Origin: Squalus acanthias
Lineage: Eukaryota
Assembly: GCA_030390025.1 (NCBI GenBank)
Contig: CM059432.1
Coordinates: 65,350,001-65,414,000, forward strand
DNA: 64,000 nucleotides
Reading direction: 5' to 3'
The translations under genes were made by a program, and so were the position numbers. Below the pieces are notes generated by a model. That model was given only the letters and a program-made list of their open reading frames with translations. It was not told where the DNA came from and searched no databases. Positions 62,851 through 64,000 of the stretch are shown here, one piece after another; positions within the stretch are counted from its first letter, which is position 1; the number at the start of each line of letters is the position of its first letter.

Positions 62851-63870
62851 TCACTATTGTAATGTCGGAAATGCAGCAGCCAATTTGCACACAGCAGGGT
62901 CCCACAAGCAGTCACGAAATCATGACTAGATAAGGGGTAGAGTTTACGCTTTGGGCTCAATCGCCAATCTGGGCGCAAATTGTGGTCGATGACACGCTGG
63001 TTTTTAAAAGTGAAGTTATGGTTCAAGTTTCCACTCAAACTCATTTGAATAATCACAAACGTAAAATCTTCCATGAACCAGCGCAATCGGACTGCGTTTT
63101 AGAACATCATTGTTTATTTTTCCCCTCGCATTAAAAAATATCCCTTGCATGGTAACATGATGCAGTTTTATTAATACAGCTGAAAATGTTTGTATCACAA
63201 AAAATAAGCATTATTAATAAGAGTGTCTAGTCTACCAGCTGGTAGTAACCTGATTTTAAATAACTGAAAATGACTTTAAAAAAAACTATACAGGATCATT
63301 TGCTAGGTTCATTGGTGTACAGTAGTCAGTTTCTCAGTAAATTAAATATTTTTTATTATTTAAAAACTTTTAAAAGAGCCTTCTCGAAAGGCTGCAATGG
63401 ACGCAATTAGTGGAAACCCGCCATGGTGACTAATTCGATCAGGGGGCGTAGCCAGTTTTGTGGGCGGGGCCAGCTTCCAGTCCAATGTTTGTAAAACTAT
63501 CGCAAAAGATCGTGGAGACTCAACTTGTGCTGGACATAATTTATGCTTGGAATACTTTGATCTTTTACGTTGGTTTGGCTGATTTCAGGCAAATTCTATC
63601 CCAATCTGTTTTAGTTATGTTGGTTGAGGGATAAATATTGGCCAGGACACCAGGAAAGCACCCCTACTCTTCTTCAAAATAATGCCACTTGAGAGGGCAG
63701 ATGGGGGTCTCAGTTTAACAGCTCATCCAAAAGGCAGGACCTCCAAAATTGCAGCACTCCCTCAGTACTACCTGGAAAGGCCAGACTAGATTATGTGCTC
63801 AAGTCTCTGGAGTGGGACTTGCACCCACAACCATCTGACTCAGAGGCAAGAGTGTTACCAGAGCCAAGGC
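62846..63870 (-). mobile_element. SINE family A split by a MITE
   Basis: Family A sequence at 62846-62933 resumes at 63603-63870. Confidence 0.75.
62934..63602. mobile_element. MITE inserted in a SINE
   Basis: GGGGTAGAGTTT / AAATTCTATCCC; TSD ambiguous. Confidence 0.7.
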
Positions 63871-64000
63871 TCTGTCACACTGTAGAAAGCAAAATGAAAG
63901 TAAATTGCTTGAGTTCATTATAGTTCTGGAGAGCCAATGTACACTTTCTTGGAAAACCTGACACAACTCTCTATCCAAGCTTTAATCAAGAGGCATGGGA

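Noticed and set aside
46482..64000. Preceding LRR exon (DLRFNRI...)
   Set aside because: No matching 72-nt AG/GT segment found by eye

Overview
Repeat-rich vertebrate genomic DNA; the repeat content (CR1, L2, RTE, Penelope, DeuSINE-type SINEs, many PIF/Harbinger-type elements) suggests a cartilaginous fish (inference). The window lies inside a minus-strand peroxidasin-family gene, most like PXDNL. Five coding exons can be read by hand: four 72-nt LRR exons (46410-46481, 38182-38253, 27213-27284, 24033-24104) and a 170-nt LRRCT exon (19793-19962), all with AG/GT sites and joining in frame. The flanking exons were not found in the window. The most interesting non-host signals are: (i) a family of about 1.7-kb non-autonomous Harbinger-type elements with 3-bp TSDs that keep a Myb/SANT ORF but only a probable C-terminal tip of the transposase; (ii) Penelope terminal-repeat palindromes, one with a complete minimal hammerhead ribozyme core; (iii) inverted repeat pairs bracketing frame-preserving LRR exons. 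Boundaries of old repeats are approximate. Family names come from recall, not database searches.
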